In this document: positions 38,473 to 49,126 of the stretch, one piece after another
Layout of the letters: the number at the start of each line of letters is the position of its first letter
Numbering within the stretch: position 1 is the stretch's first letter
Assembly: GCA_024276825.1 (NCBI GenBank)
Contig: JAJRWI010000001.1
Coordinates: 1-58,174, forward strand
From: an archaeon
GTDB taxonomy: Archaea > Asgardarchaeota > Thorarchaeia > Thorarchaeales > Thorarchaeaceae
DNA length: 58,174 nt
Reading direction: 5' to 3'
Notes under the pieces: model-generated
Told to the model about the DNA's origin: nothing
Seen by the model: the letters and a program-made list of their open reading frames with translations, nothing else
Database searches by the model: none
Program-made: the position numbers and the translations under genes

Positions 38473-40041
38473 ATGAATCTGGAATCGTTGAGATCATCAA
38501 TATACTCTTTATTTAGTGATAGAATATCTTGGAAGTTCACAGCTCTTACAGCTTCTCTCTTCGCATTGCTCTCAATAATTCATGTTCAGACAACGATGGC
38601 TGCATGGGGAATCTATGGCTTTTCATTTGATGATTCATGGATACATGTCCAATATGCAAGAACGATATTTGAAGGCAGACCTTGGGAGTATGCTTGGGGA
38701 ATCCCAAGTACAGGTAGCTCTGCTCCTCTGTGGTCTGTTGCCCTCTCTCCAATCTTCTTGCTGGGATACGAGCATGATACAGTAGTGACCGCAGTCCTTG
38801 TGATTGCTGGCATACTCTATGCCATTGACATCTTTCTTGTGGGTGTGCTAGTCAAAGCACACACTAAGAAATGGTATATTGCAATCTTTGCCCAGTTGAT
38901 CTTTATTCTTGTTCCACGAAACGCAGGGCTGATGATGTCGGGGATGGAAACCCCCTTAGCAATGCTCATGGTCTTACTTGCACTTATTTTGCTTCCGCGC
39001 CTAGAATGGAAGTATGACATTGCCTTGGGAATTATAGCAGGACTTGCCTATCTCTGCAGACCTGAGTTTGTTCTTATTGCTGCGCTATGCTTTCCTGTGC
39101 GTGCTCTGATGCGTTTGAAGAAGGATGGGCTTAGCAAGCAGTGGTTCTTCCCCTCATTGGCCATGTTTGCTTTAGCGGCTTTGGTTGTTCTTCCATGGGT
39201 ACTTCACTGTCTGAATACAACAGGTCTTCCACTGCCAGACTCGTACTATTCCAAGATGAGATTTGAGGTGACTGAAGAAGGGATCAATCTATGGAATTTC
39301 TTCTGGTTCAAAGTCTGGCTTCCAAGTGAGCCATATCTCATTCTGGGATTTGTGGGTGGTTTCATTCTTCTCTTGAAGAAGAAACCCTTCGAGTTTCTTT
39401 TGACAACATCATTGTGGACTCTGTACAGACTCACAATGCCTGGAATGTCACTACTATTTGCAGCGCGGTATCTCGTACCGCTGTTCTCTCTTCTGGCAAT
39501 ATCATTTGTTTCTGGACTGGCAATTCTGCTTGATAGAGTTATCGCTCTTAAGGATGAAACTCCAGAATACACTCCCCCTGATAAAATTCTCCTGATCTTC
39601 TTACTCATAGGTCTCCTGTTCATCCCTTCGATACCCTCATATTATCAACATATTGACATTCATGCAAATCAGGCAAAGAACATTGAGGAGATGCAGGTCA
39701 CTCTAGCACTATGGGTCAGAACTCACATTCCTGAGAATGCCACTATTGCGACTTACGACGTGGGTGCTCTTGGCTTCTTTGCTAAAGGGACAGTCCTTGA
39801 TATCTATGGACTTGTGACACCCATTCTTCTCCATAACTACTCAATGGTTGGTGAACAAGTACAATATCTTAAGTCAATGAATTGCACGTATATTATGTTC
39901 TATGTGGAATGGTTCACATATCTACGACAAATAATCTATGCATATGGCGGCTCTGTGACCATACTATACTCTGTACATCTGGATGACAATGTTGTTTGCG
40001 GAACAGACAATATGGCAGTGTATCAAGTCATATGGTCATAA
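38473..40041 (+). CDS. GT-C superfamily membrane glycosyltransferase (ArnT/AftB-like)
   Basis: SFDDSWIH-x2-YAR, GSSAPLW, SGMETPL, RPE, RY, DVGALG...DIYGLV. Confidence 0.8.
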   Translation: MNLESLRSSIYSLFSDRISWKFTALTASLFALLSIIHVQTTMAAWGIYGFSFDDSWIHVQYARTIFEGRPWEYAWGIPSTGSSAPLWSVALSPIFLLGYEHDTVVTAVLVIAGILYAIDIFLVGVLVKAHTKKWYIAIFAQLIFILVPRNAGLMMSGMETPLAMLMVLLALILLPRLEWKYDIALGIIAGLAYLCRPEFVLIAALCFPVRALMRLKKDGLSKQWFFPSLAMFALAALVVLPWVLHCLNTTGLPLPDSYYSKMRFEVTEEGINLWNFFWFKVWLPSEPYLILGFVGGFILLLKKKPFEFLLTTSLWTLYRLTMPGMSLLFAARYLVPLFSLLAISFVSGLAILLDRVIALKDETPEYTPPDKILLIFLLIGLLFIPSIPSYYQHIDIHANQAKNIEEMQVTLALWVRTHIPENATIATYDVGALGFFAKGTVLDIYGLVTPILLHNYSMVGEQVQYLKSMNCTYIMFYVEWFTYLRQIIYAYGGSVTILYSVHLDDNVVCGTDNMAVYQVIWS

Positions 40042-40124
40042 GTTGTCATTCTTAACATAAGCAATTACAAATCAAAAGAAAATCAATTATTAAATAGATT
40101 GGCTGATGATGGGAGAGAAATGTT

Positions 40125-42446
40125 GTGTCATTATCGCATCTTGATGCGAAACTAGCAACTGCTATCATTATTATATGCATGCTGTTAGGTGGAATGGTTG
40201 GGCTAGTTGCTCGCCAGTCATCGAATCTGCAAATCAGTGAAGAAATACCATATGTTCGAGACCTCAATCCTTTAGAAAACCTCCCAGTTCCAATTCGAAC
40301 CTTTGCGGACTATGAAGACCTTGAAGTTAATTACATGCCACGCTCCCTCAAGTACTCGGTTGAAAGCAACTTGAGCAATGTCCTTAACATTGATGACTAT
40401 CCTTGGTACATGCTGTCTACAGAGGCTCTCCAAAAGCTCGAAAAGAACTTCTTCTTGGCTGTTCCAAATTATGCCAACATTCAATTCTCGGATGTATATA
40501 TGGCGAATTATGATAAGCGTATTCCTTCTTTTGTCACTGTCGATTCTGTCCTTCATGCCTTTCATGTTATTTATGACACTGCAATGCGAATGATTGAGGA
40601 GCACTATTTCATTGATACACTAGGCAATCTTTCCTTGCACATGGTCGAAGTTTCACTTAGGCAATTTTTGGAGTTGACTGAAGATTCTTGGAAGACCGCT
40701 GCATTGAAGAATGCCGCATTCTTCTCTGTGGTTGCCAAGATTATTAATCCTTCATGGAAGATTCCTTTGCTCGTTAAAAAATGGGCTGAAAAGATGCTGG
40801 ATCTGATTAATAATGCATCTGGATTTAGTAATGATTGGTTCATGAATCAGCTTGAGGACTTCTCACAATACAGACCGAGGGGTCACTATACAGCCAGTGC
40901 GGCATTACAGCGTTATTTTAGGGCCATGATGGTGTTGGGAAGAATTTCATTTCGCTTGAAACCAGCTGACTATTGGTTGTCAATTGAGCAGAATATTGAA
41001 CGTGGTCATAATGAGACCTCTCAAGGCATTCTAATGAGTCTGGCTCTTTATGATCATTCGACAGTCTTTCCCCACAATCATCTCGCGGTCAAGGCCTGGT
41101 CTCATATTTATGACACAACCTCTTTCTTTGTTGGCAAGAGTGACGACCTTAGTCCTCATGAGTATTACTGGCTGGCAAAATCGATCTATGATAGAAACTT
41201 GTATGATATAACTGTCCTTCAAAATGACGAGCTTTTAACTAGATTCATCGAAGTTGCGATGACACTCAGAGACCCCAGAATCCTTAGTAGCTTTCATGAT
41301 CAATCGACAGGAGTTGATTTCACAATTGCCACTAAGGGCATGAGATTTATGGGTCAGAGGTATGTTCCAGACAGCTATATCCTTGGTGAACTAGTGTTTG
41401 ATAGAGTGGGCAACCAAACTCTGCCACGGACAATGCCCAAGGGTCTTGATGTAATGTCTGCATTCGGCTCAACAAGAGCTTGGGAACTGCTTCAAGATCA
41501 GCTCAAATATGAGAATTATGAATCACAAATGATGAAATTACGTGAGGAGTTTCATAATCTAACAATTGAAACCTGGTCTCAAAATCTCTATTGGTTGTGG
41601 TTGTACGCCCTCACACCATTGCTTGAAAATGTGAGCAGGGGCTGTCCAGTATTCATGCAATCTCAAGCATGGCAGGATAAACAGGTGACATCAGCACTGG
41701 GTACATGGACTGAACTTCGACATGACACTGTTCTTACTGGAAGACAATCGTACGGCTTCTATTACTTTGGTCCACAATACATTCCTCCCGGCTATGTGGA
41801 GCCTACTCCTGATGTATATGCCCGTCTTGCATCACTATGCCAGATGATGATTGATGGTCTTAAATCACGATCAATATTGAATACATCCATTTCAGATGCT
41901 CTCGAATCTCTTAAGAATCTATTATTGAATCTTCGAAATATATCGATTAAGGAACTTGAGAACATCCAACTTACGAGTGATGAACTTGAATTGCTGGAAT
42001 ACATTGGAGACACTCTGAGTTTTCTTGAAAGCCTTGATTATGATATTGGTGATGCTAGGGTTGTTGTTGATGTGCATACAGATGTCATTAGTGAACATGT
42101 ACTTCAAGAGGCCACAGGAAACCCAATGATTCTCTATGTGATTGTGCCTAATCAAAATGGCAAACCGTTTCTTGCACGAGGAGCCATGTTTTCCTATTAT
42201 GAATTCGAACGACCTCTTGACTCACGGCTTACTGATAAGGAATGGTGTGAATTGCTTGAATCTGATCATGCTCCATCGATGCCAAACTGGATGAGTTCCT
42301 TTGTTTTAGGACTAGAACCAACCGTGCAACTACTCATTGAGTCTAATGAGAAATCTTGCATTTCAACAGCTTTGATCTTTGTTTCACCAATAATGGCAAT
42401 GTCGATTAGAATAGATACAAAATCCAAATCATATATTCGAACTTGA
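40125..42446 (+). CDS. DUF3160 domain protein, exported
   Basis: PSFVTVDSVLHAFH, DFSQYRPRGHYT, GQRYVPDS, WTELRHDT, GYVEP, FSYYEF. Confidence 0.88.
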   Translation: MSLSHLDAKLATAIIIICMLLGGMVGLVARQSSNLQISEEIPYVRDLNPLENLPVPIRTFADYEDLEVNYMPRSLKYSVESNLSNVLNIDDYPWYMLSTEALQKLEKNFFLAVPNYANIQFSDVYMANYDKRIPSFVTVDSVLHAFHVIYDTAMRMIEEHYFIDTLGNLSLHMVEVSLRQFLELTEDSWKTAALKNAAFFSVVAKIINPSWKIPLLVKKWAEKMLDLINNASGFSNDWFMNQLEDFSQYRPRGHYTASAALQRYFRAMMVLGRISFRLKPADYWLSIEQNIERGHNETSQGILMSLALYDHSTVFPHNHLAVKAWSHIYDTTSFFVGKSDDLSPHEYYWLAKSIYDRNLYDITVLQNDELLTRFIEVAMTLRDPRILSSFHDQSTGVDFTIATKGMRFMGQRYVPDSYILGELVFDRVGNQTLPRTMPKGLDVMSAFGSTRAWELLQDQLKYENYESQMMKLREEFHNLTIETWSQNLYWLWLYALTPLLENVSRGCPVFMQSQAWQDKQVTSALGTWTELRHDTVLTGRQSYGFYYFGPQYIPPGYVEPTPDVYARLASLCQMMIDGLKSRSILNTSISDALESLKNLLLNLRNISIKELENIQLTSDELELLEYIGDTLSFLESLDYDIGDARVVVDVHTDVISEHVLQEATGNPMILYVIVPNQNGKPFLARGAMFSYYEFERPLDSRLTDKEWCELLESDHAPSMPNWMSSFVLGLEPTVQLLIESNEKSCISTALIFVSPIMAMSIRIDTKSKSYIRT

Positions 42447-42465
42447 CTAAATATGCAATTGAAAA

Positions 42466-43386
42466 TTATGCAATCTTTGCTGGCTTGAATCTTGTCATGC
42501 GAAGAATGTTAGTCCTAAATATCTTGCCAATTGCATCTTCTGCAAGGCAGAACTGAGGACAGATCGAACTTACCGCCCGATACTGTTCCTCAAGGATGTT
42601 TACTCTGAAGCCTCTCGGAAAGAAACAAGAGTCTGTCCCAAAAATCACTCTGTCTGGTCCTCCTGCCTTGATGGCCTTCTCAAACACCTTTGTGATAGTC
42701 AGAGCATATGGAAGATAGTTCATCCAAGAGTTGCTACCACTCGAGTCCATGACCACATTCTCCGTCTGATACATGAGCATTAGCATTTCTCTGAAGTATC
42801 CTGCTCCGAAGTGCGCTATCATGAAATTGAGGTCTGGAAAATCGTGGGCTGGTTTCTGAATGTCAAGTGGATTGCCAAAGCGAAGGTTTGCCTCGGTGCC
42901 TATTGTAATTCCAAAATGGAGGATAACCAGCAATTTGTGCTTAAGTGCCTCCTCATAAATGGGATATACTCTCTCATCATATGCATGAAAATTCCAAGAG
43001 CTTGGATAGAGTTTAATTCCTTGAAACTTGTCTTTTGCTGCTTGCTTAACGGTTTCAACAGCATCTTCGCGAGAAGGATTGATATTAGCATATCCAAGAA
43101 AACGACCCGGCCATCTCTTCCTGGTTCGATTGAATTCTTCCCATGTTTCAGGTCCAATCATCATTCCAATCGCTGTGATCCCATAACGATTGAGCTCATC
43201 GATCCACATTTTGCCCGCATCCCAGTCCTCGTGTGGAATCTCAAAACTCTTCATATCGGTGTGCGATGAAACCCTTTCTCTGATCTTAGCCAGAGAACGA
43301 CCATCACTCAGCCATTTCTTTAAAGTCTGGTAAGTCATGAAATGAGCATGAGCATCAATGACCTCAATTCCAACTCTAGAAATCAT
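42466..43386 (-). CDS. Amidohydrolase-2 family metal-dependent hydrolase
   Basis: IDAHAH, GIKLYP, HFG, AHFG, FGTD. Confidence 0.9.
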   Translation of the reverse strand: MISRVGIEVIDAHAHFMTYQTLKKWLSDGRSLAKIRERVSSHTDMKSFEIPHEDWDAGKMWIDELNRYGITAIGMMIGPETWEEFNRTRKRWPGRFLGYANINPSREDAVETVKQAAKDKFQGIKLYPSSWNFHAYDERVYPIYEEALKHKLLVILHFGITIGTEANLRFGNPLDIQKPAHDFPDLNFMIAHFGAGYFREMLMLMYQTENVVMDSSGSNSWMNYLPYALTITKVFEKAIKAGGPDRVIFGTDSCFFPRGFRVNILEEQYRAVSSICPQFCLAEDAIGKIFRTNILRMTRFKPAKIA

Positions 43387-43544
43387 TTATCTTGCACCTA
43401 GACTTCATAGGATTCGCCTTCAGTCTTATCATATTTCCGAAAGAGGAGGTTTTCATGAACCATCTATATGCGAATTCGAATGGCAATATGACCTGACTTT
43501 ATTGTTATGAAACTCTACTGTGCATTTCTATGACCGATTGATAC

Positions 43545-44993
43545 TCATGATTCCAATGACTTGTGATCATGACCTATTATGCCCGCCCTTGTCATTTTCT
43601 CAGGAACAAGAACTTTGTCTAATTCTTCTTCGGTCATGAGCCCGGCTTCTAATACCAGATCTCGGATTGGTCTTTTTGTTTCAAGAGCCTTCTTGGCAAT
43701 TCGTGATGCTGCTTTGTATCCGATGTAAGGGTTCAGTGCAGTCACAAGTCCAATACTTCTATGGACAACATCTAGTCCTTCTGGATTTGGCTTGATTCCC
43801 TTTATGCATTTCTCGGTAAAGATTGGAATCGAGTTCTTCAGAATCTTCAATGCCTGAAAGAAGTTGTATGCAATTACTGGTTCAAATGCGTTCAGTTCTA
43901 GTTGTCCTGCTTGTGATGCTATTGATATCACATTATCATGGCCAATCACCTGATAAGCGCATTGAATCACGAGTTCTGGAATAACTGGATTGACCTTGCC
44001 GGGCATTATACTGCTGCCGGGCTGAACAGGTGGTAGAATGATCTCATGAAAGCCGCCTATTGGTCCTGAAGAGAGTATAATGAGGTCTCCGGCAATCTTG
44101 GCCAGATTTGTTGCCAGAACTCTGAGAAGTCCTGATGCATGAACAAACTCATCCGCGTTCTGTGTGTCATCAATCAAGTTGTCAGAGGTCTTGAGACCCA
44201 TAAGTCCAGTGACCTCTCTCAGATACTTTTCAGCAAGATTGATGTATTCAGGGTCTGCATTAAGGCTCGTGCCAATCGCAGTAGCACCTATATTATGCGT
44301 TTCTAAAACATCCATAGCACTACCGATTCTATCAAGATCTCGTTTCAATGCCCCCGACCAAGCTGAGAACTCTTGGCCTAAAGTTATGGGTACAGCGTCT
44401 TGCATCTCGGTCCTTCCAAGTTTTAGCATTGACTTGTATTTCTCAGCATTCTCATCAAGGGCCTTAATGAGCTTAGCAAGAACGCGCCTAAGATCATTGA
44501 GTCCATAAATCGTTGCAACTTTGATGGCGGTGGGGTAAACATCGTTAGTCGATTGTGACATGTTAACATGATCATTTGCAGAGATTGGAGCCTGCGAGTT
44601 ACGCGGATATCCAAGAATCTCATTTGCCCTAGACGCGATGACCTCATTTGTATTCATATTCGTTGATGTTCCAGCACCCCCTTGAAGCATATCAACTATG
44701 AATTGATCATGCAATTTTCCTGCGATTATCTCATCACATGCCTGTACGATCGCATTTGCATATTCATCAGAAAGATGCTTCAGATCCCTATTGGCTAATG
44801 CACATGCTTTTTTCACCATTGCTAATGTTGTGACTAGTGTAGAATAGTTATGCAGGGGCACTCGTGAAACTGCAAAGTTCTCATGCGCCCGTAGGGTCTG
44901 TACACCCCAATAAACATCAATTGGAATTCTTCGTGTGCCCAAAAGGTCACTCTCTTCTCGATATTCTGTGCTGTCATCGCTCATGGCAAACAT
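43545..44993 (-). CDS. aspA: Aspartate ammonia-lyase (fumarase/aspartase family)
   Basis: QGGAGTSTNMN, HVNMSQSTND, GRT-x2-QDAVP, GSSIMPGKVNP. Confidence 0.9.
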   Translation of the reverse strand: MFAMSDDSTEYREESDLLGTRRIPIDVYWGVQTLRAHENFAVSRVPLHNYSTLVTTLAMVKKACALANRDLKHLSDEYANAIVQACDEIIAGKLHDQFIVDMLQGGAGTSTNMNTNEVIASRANEILGYPRNSQAPISANDHVNMSQSTNDVYPTAIKVATIYGLNDLRRVLAKLIKALDENAEKYKSMLKLGRTEMQDAVPITLGQEFSAWSGALKRDLDRIGSAMDVLETHNIGATAIGTSLNADPEYINLAEKYLREVTGLMGLKTSDNLIDDTQNADEFVHASGLLRVLATNLAKIAGDLIILSSGPIGGFHEIILPPVQPGSSIMPGKVNPVIPELVIQCAYQVIGHDNVISIASQAGQLELNAFEPVIAYNFFQALKILKNSIPIFTEKCIKGIKPNPEGLDVVHRSIGLVTALNPYIGYKAASRIAKKALETKRPIRDLVLEAGLMTEEELDKVLVPEKMTRAGIIGHDHKSLES

Positions 44994-45284
44994 CTCCAGT
45001 CTATTTCTGTGTCATTCAAGATATTAAAAGGAATGCCAAATGGCCATAGAAATGAAAAAATAGTTTTGTTCCTTTTTATATGTTAAAGCTCGATTAATGT
45101 AACCTATTTCCCCATAAAGATTACATTCCATATTTCTAAATAACCTAAATGTTTCATTTCCTCATTTATATCAAATATTCCAATATACGAAATATTGAAT
45201 AATTGCCTTGACATGACTCTAATCAATCCTCCTTGAAAATTGCAGTAAAACCTCACAGGGTTATTGCAGGGTTTAATGTAGCTG

Positions 45285-46508
45285 GTGAATGGATTGCGTA
45301 GAAAATATACACTTGGAACAATCCCGGTACTTGGAGCTCTTCTGTTTGTGATCTTTTTGGGATCTGCATTTGCATTTCCCGGACAGACTGGAATCTGTTC
45401 TGCATCAGGGTGTCATGATGATCCCAGTGCAATCAGTATTTCAGCAACGCCGCAGTCTATAACAGTAGAAGCTGGCAAAGAGTTTGCCATTCTTATAGAT
45501 GTTCAGGGCGAAACTGGCCAGAATGTACTCTATTTAAAATATCCCAGTGATGTCGCTGATAACTCAAAGTTTAGCTATGTTGGCCTCGATTCCGAGGGTG
45601 GAGTGAGCGATGGTGATCCCGTTGACTTAAACACTGACGTTGATGCTGTAACGGTCAATTACACAATTATTGCACCCGATACACCCGGCGTCTACACACT
45701 CAGGGCCTTTGCTGCACAGCACACTCCTAGATCCAATAATGTTGAGATCTCTGTGACCGTGATTCCACCCGCTGGTGCTGGTCCGACTATTCTCTTCATT
45801 AATGCTACTCCTTCCATACCAATCGATTCGCAGGATGTTCTTGTTGTGACAAATGTGAGTTCTAATGCCGCCATCACCAGTGTCATTTTACAATACAGTC
45901 TTGATAATGGGACATCATGGGAAAACATTACAATGAACTATGTGGACAATCAGTGGCAGGGTGTTATCCCTCGGCAACCAAATGGCACATTAGTTGTGTA
46001 CAGAATAGTGGCCATTGATGAGTTTGGCATAGAAACGGTGTCATGGGAATTGAGATACACCGTGGGTGAGTTTCCACAACCCCCCAGCGAACCAGTAGAA
46101 TTACCCCAGCTGCATTTTGGCTGGCTGCTGGGAGGCCCTGCGATTGTTCTTGCCTATCTTGGAACTGCCCTTGAATATTATGATGAGGAGAGATTCACCC
46201 GAATTCATGGGATAATGTTGAGTGTGGCATATATTCTAACAACCATCAATGTCCTCTGGTTGTTTTTCGAAGACCCATCAATCTGGATGTTTATGAATCC
46301 CACATATTTGTTCAGCCTATCCAACATCTCTGCCTTTGTGCATGCTTGGCATATTTGGCTTGGTATCATTAGTATGATATTTGGGACATTTGCATTTCTC
46401 ACACATTTGGGGGGATGGAAGACATGCAACTTGGGCCTGCCTGCTGTTGTGATCTGGACAATACTGGGAATCACAGGATTCTATCTTGGAACAATGTATA
46501 GGATGTGA
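45285..46508 (+). CDS. Exported reeler/Ig-like protein with CX4CH motif and C-terminal His-bearing cytochrome-b-like TM domain
   Basis: Signal peptide, CSASGCH, Ig-like second domain, about 4 TM helices with His (LHFG, IHG, HAWH, TH). Confidence 0.65.
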   Translation: MNGLRRKYTLGTIPVLGALLFVIFLGSAFAFPGQTGICSASGCHDDPSAISISATPQSITVEAGKEFAILIDVQGETGQNVLYLKYPSDVADNSKFSYVGLDSEGGVSDGDPVDLNTDVDAVTVNYTIIAPDTPGVYTLRAFAAQHTPRSNNVEISVTVIPPAGAGPTILFINATPSIPIDSQDVLVVTNVSSNAAITSVILQYSLDNGTSWENITMNYVDNQWQGVIPRQPNGTLVVYRIVAIDEFGIETVSWELRYTVGEFPQPPSEPVELPQLHFGWLLGGPAIVLAYLGTALEYYDEERFTRIHGIMLSVAYILTTINVLWLFFEDPSIWMFMNPTYLFSLSNISAFVHAWHIWLGIISMIFGTFAFLTHLGGWKTCNLGLPAVVIWTILGITGFYLGTMYRM

Positions 46509-46512
46509 TCAA

Positions 46513-47982
46513 ATGAGTCAAACCAAGCAAGTCACAAGTCTTAATGAATCCAACAAAGCAGATCAAGAAATAGACCCTGTTCTCGCACAACTCGTTAAGG
46601 TCGTAGGACCTGATAATGCATCAAATGATGAGTTGGAACGAATTGTTTACAGTGGTGATCCTTCATCCTTGCCCCACTTTCACTATCGATGGAAACGAAA
46701 GTATTTGGCAGACTATGTTGTGCGAGTAGAAAAAACAGATCAGATTCGTGAAATAATTCTGATAGCAAAGGAGCACAAGTTGGCAATAGTTCCAAGAGGT
46801 GGTGGTTCCAGTTGTATGGGCTCATCTTGTCCTTCACGTGGAGGAATCTCTCTAGACATTAAGAGAATGAATAAGATAATTGATATCAATGCCGAAGAAG
46901 GGTTCGTTAGAGTTGAGCCTGGAGTGACTTTTGCAGACCTCGAAATTGAACTGGCGAAAAAGGGCATGGAACTTGGAATATATCCAACAAGCGCAAAGAG
47001 TGCAGTGATTGGTGGCTGGATTGCCTGCGGTGGTAGAGCTGGCATTGGTACACCACGTTATGGAACATTGGAGGAAAACATCATAGAATTGAAAGTAGTC
47101 CTGTCTAATGGCGAGATAAAAATCGTTGCTGGCAAAGAGGCTTTGCCATATATTGGATCATTTGGAATTCTTGGCGTCATCGCTGAGGCAAAATTAAAGA
47201 TACGAAAGAAGCCTCCTCGAATAAAACCGCTGAGCTACACTTTTCAGCGGTTGGAAAGCTTGTGCGATGCGTTCACCAAAGTTGTTGGGCTATCAGCCAA
47301 ACCAGTCTATTTGAAGATTGCAGATGCAAGATTTCAAAAATATAGTAACCCCCTTGAAAAGGGACGCTATGTTTTAACACTTGCATATAATGATGGCGAT
47401 GACATTCCCTTTGATGAACTGCAAAGAATTGTCGGAGAGAACGGTGGAGGGATGCTGGATGATGAATATGCTGAGAATGAATGGGAGCTTCGTTATGACT
47501 GTGAATTCAAGCCCAAAGAGTATTGTCATACCTTAATGTTTCAAGAAGTGTGGATTCATTCAGATAATGTATATGATGTTTTGGAGGCCTATGAAAGGAG
47601 CAAGAAGACCCATAAGGTCCCCGCTCTCTGGTTCGGCATGTTGGGCACACAATCAATGGTTCGGCTTGAATTAATGGCAATGCTTAATCCTGACAGGTAT
47701 TTGGAATTTATATCTAGCAAGGGCATACTTCACAAGATGGTCAAGAGGTCAATACGTCTTGGAGGTGGGCCTTATACCATAGGGCTGCAAAACTCGATTT
47801 ACATGAAGAAAGCCTATCCTGAGCGATATGCTGCTATGAAGAAACTGAAGAACGAACTTGATGTTGAAGGCATAATGAATCCCGACAGAGTGACCAATTG
47901 TCTAACATCCTATTCTCGCATTAATCTTCTATTCTTTCTAGCATCAGGTTTTAGACGATTGGCAAAATATGTGGCGAGGTGA
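46513..47982 (+). CDS. FAD-binding (VAO/GlcD-type) oxidoreductase 1
   Basis: PRGGGSS, VEPG, YPTSAKSAVIGGW, G-x-LGVI, IMNP. Confidence 0.88.
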   Translation: MSQTKQVTSLNESNKADQEIDPVLAQLVKVVGPDNASNDELERIVYSGDPSSLPHFHYRWKRKYLADYVVRVEKTDQIREIILIAKEHKLAIVPRGGGSSCMGSSCPSRGGISLDIKRMNKIIDINAEEGFVRVEPGVTFADLEIELAKKGMELGIYPTSAKSAVIGGWIACGGRAGIGTPRYGTLEENIIELKVVLSNGEIKIVAGKEALPYIGSFGILGVIAEAKLKIRKKPPRIKPLSYTFQRLESLCDAFTKVVGLSAKPVYLKIADARFQKYSNPLEKGRYVLTLAYNDGDDIPFDELQRIVGENGGGMLDDEYAENEWELRYDCEFKPKEYCHTLMFQEVWIHSDNVYDVLEAYERSKKTHKVPALWFGMLGTQSMVRLELMAMLNPDRYLEFISSKGILHKMVKRSIRLGGGPYTIGLQNSIYMKKAYPERYAAMKKLKNELDVEGIMNPDRVTNCLTSYSRINLLFFLASGFRRLAKYVAR

Positions 47983-47987
47983 TTTAG

Positions 47988-49118
47988 ATGAGGGTTGATA
48001 TTAAGACTGAACTTCTACGACATTGCGGGTCGTGTAACTATTGCAGAGATTTTTGCCCAATGTATCGGGAATTAGGCTCTGAACTTGAGAGCCCTGGAGG
48101 AAAAATTCGTGCACTCAGGGCCTATGCAGAGAAGCTGAGAAATCCTCCACAAGAACTGTTGGATCGTATTTATTGCGCGGACTGTCGCAGATGTGAAGCA
48201 ATTTGTCCTGCTGGAGTACCAGTCACTGAGATTTGGCATCAGGCAAAAGCATCATTGTTGCGGACTGGTGGCAAACTGGATGATTCATTATTGAAACTCC
48301 TTGATTGGCTAAAAAAGGAGGGGACGCCCTTCATTGGATTCGAAGCTGAAACTAGGGATGAATGGGCGGAAGACCTCGACCTTCCAACAGGTGCCAATAC
48401 CGCCCTATTTCCGGGCTGTATGGGTTCATTCTGGTACCCTGAACAACCGGAAATGGTTGTTGAGATGATGAAGAAGCTTAAAGTGAATGTTGGCTATGTC
48501 CCAAATGAAATATGTTGTGGACTGATGAATTATTGGGCAGGTGATGACAAAGGCTTCGAAGAGGTTGCAAGGAAGAATTATGAGATGTTCAAACGCGCTG
48601 GTGTGCAACATATTATAACCGGTTGTGGAGGCTGTTTTGGGACCCTTGCAGAGCTTTATCCCAAAGTGATAGATGGATTCGACATAAAGATCCTTCACAC
48701 TGTAGAAGTATTAGACGATATGGTTGCCAATGGAGTACTCACATTCAAGGGGAAAAAGGGCCGTTATACATTTCATGACTCATGTCATCTTGGGCGTGCG
48801 TTGGGAATCTATGACCCTCCCCGTGAGATCATCCGAGCGATTCCTGAACTTGAATTCGTGGAGATGAAAAACAACAGGGAGAACTCGAATTGCTGTGGTG
48901 GTTTTCTAATTGTCCGAGACCCCCAGCTGTCAGAATCCATTGGCAGGAAACGAGTTGCAGAAGCTGAAGAAATTGGTGTAGATGGAATCATCACGACTTG
49001 CATTTCATGTTACAAGAATCTCAGCTACTGCGCACGCGACACGAATATCGAAGTAATTCAACTGGACGAACTTATCCTCGAACTAGCGCAAACATCATTA
49101 GTTGAGGAGGAAACATAA
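47988..49118 (+). CDS. GlcF/HdrD-like Fe-S oxidoreductase 1 (2x[4Fe-4S] plus two CCG domains)
   Basis: CGSCNYC-x3-CP, CADCRRC-x3-CP, EICCG, HDSC, NCCGG. Confidence 0.92.
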   Translation: MRVDIKTELLRHCGSCNYCRDFCPMYRELGSELESPGGKIRALRAYAEKLRNPPQELLDRIYCADCRRCEAICPAGVPVTEIWHQAKASLLRTGGKLDDSLLKLLDWLKKEGTPFIGFEAETRDEWAEDLDLPTGANTALFPGCMGSFWYPEQPEMVVEMMKKLKVNVGYVPNEICCGLMNYWAGDDKGFEEVARKNYEMFKRAGVQHIITGCGGCFGTLAELYPKVIDGFDIKILHTVEVLDDMVANGVLTFKGKKGRYTFHDSCHLGRALGIYDPPREIIRAIPELEFVEMKNNRENSNCCGGFLIVRDPQLSESIGRKRVAEAEEIGVDGIITTCISCYKNLSYCARDTNIEVIQLDELILELAQTSLVEEET

Positions 49119-49126
49119 ATAATCGA

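Noticed and set aside
45090-45275. Imperfect inverted repeats upstream of the redox cluster (AATGTAA/TTACATT; TGCAGTAA/TTATTGCA)
   Set aside because: Short, AT-rich and not clearly repeated at the second promoter region (53450-53660), so they cannot be distinguished from chance.
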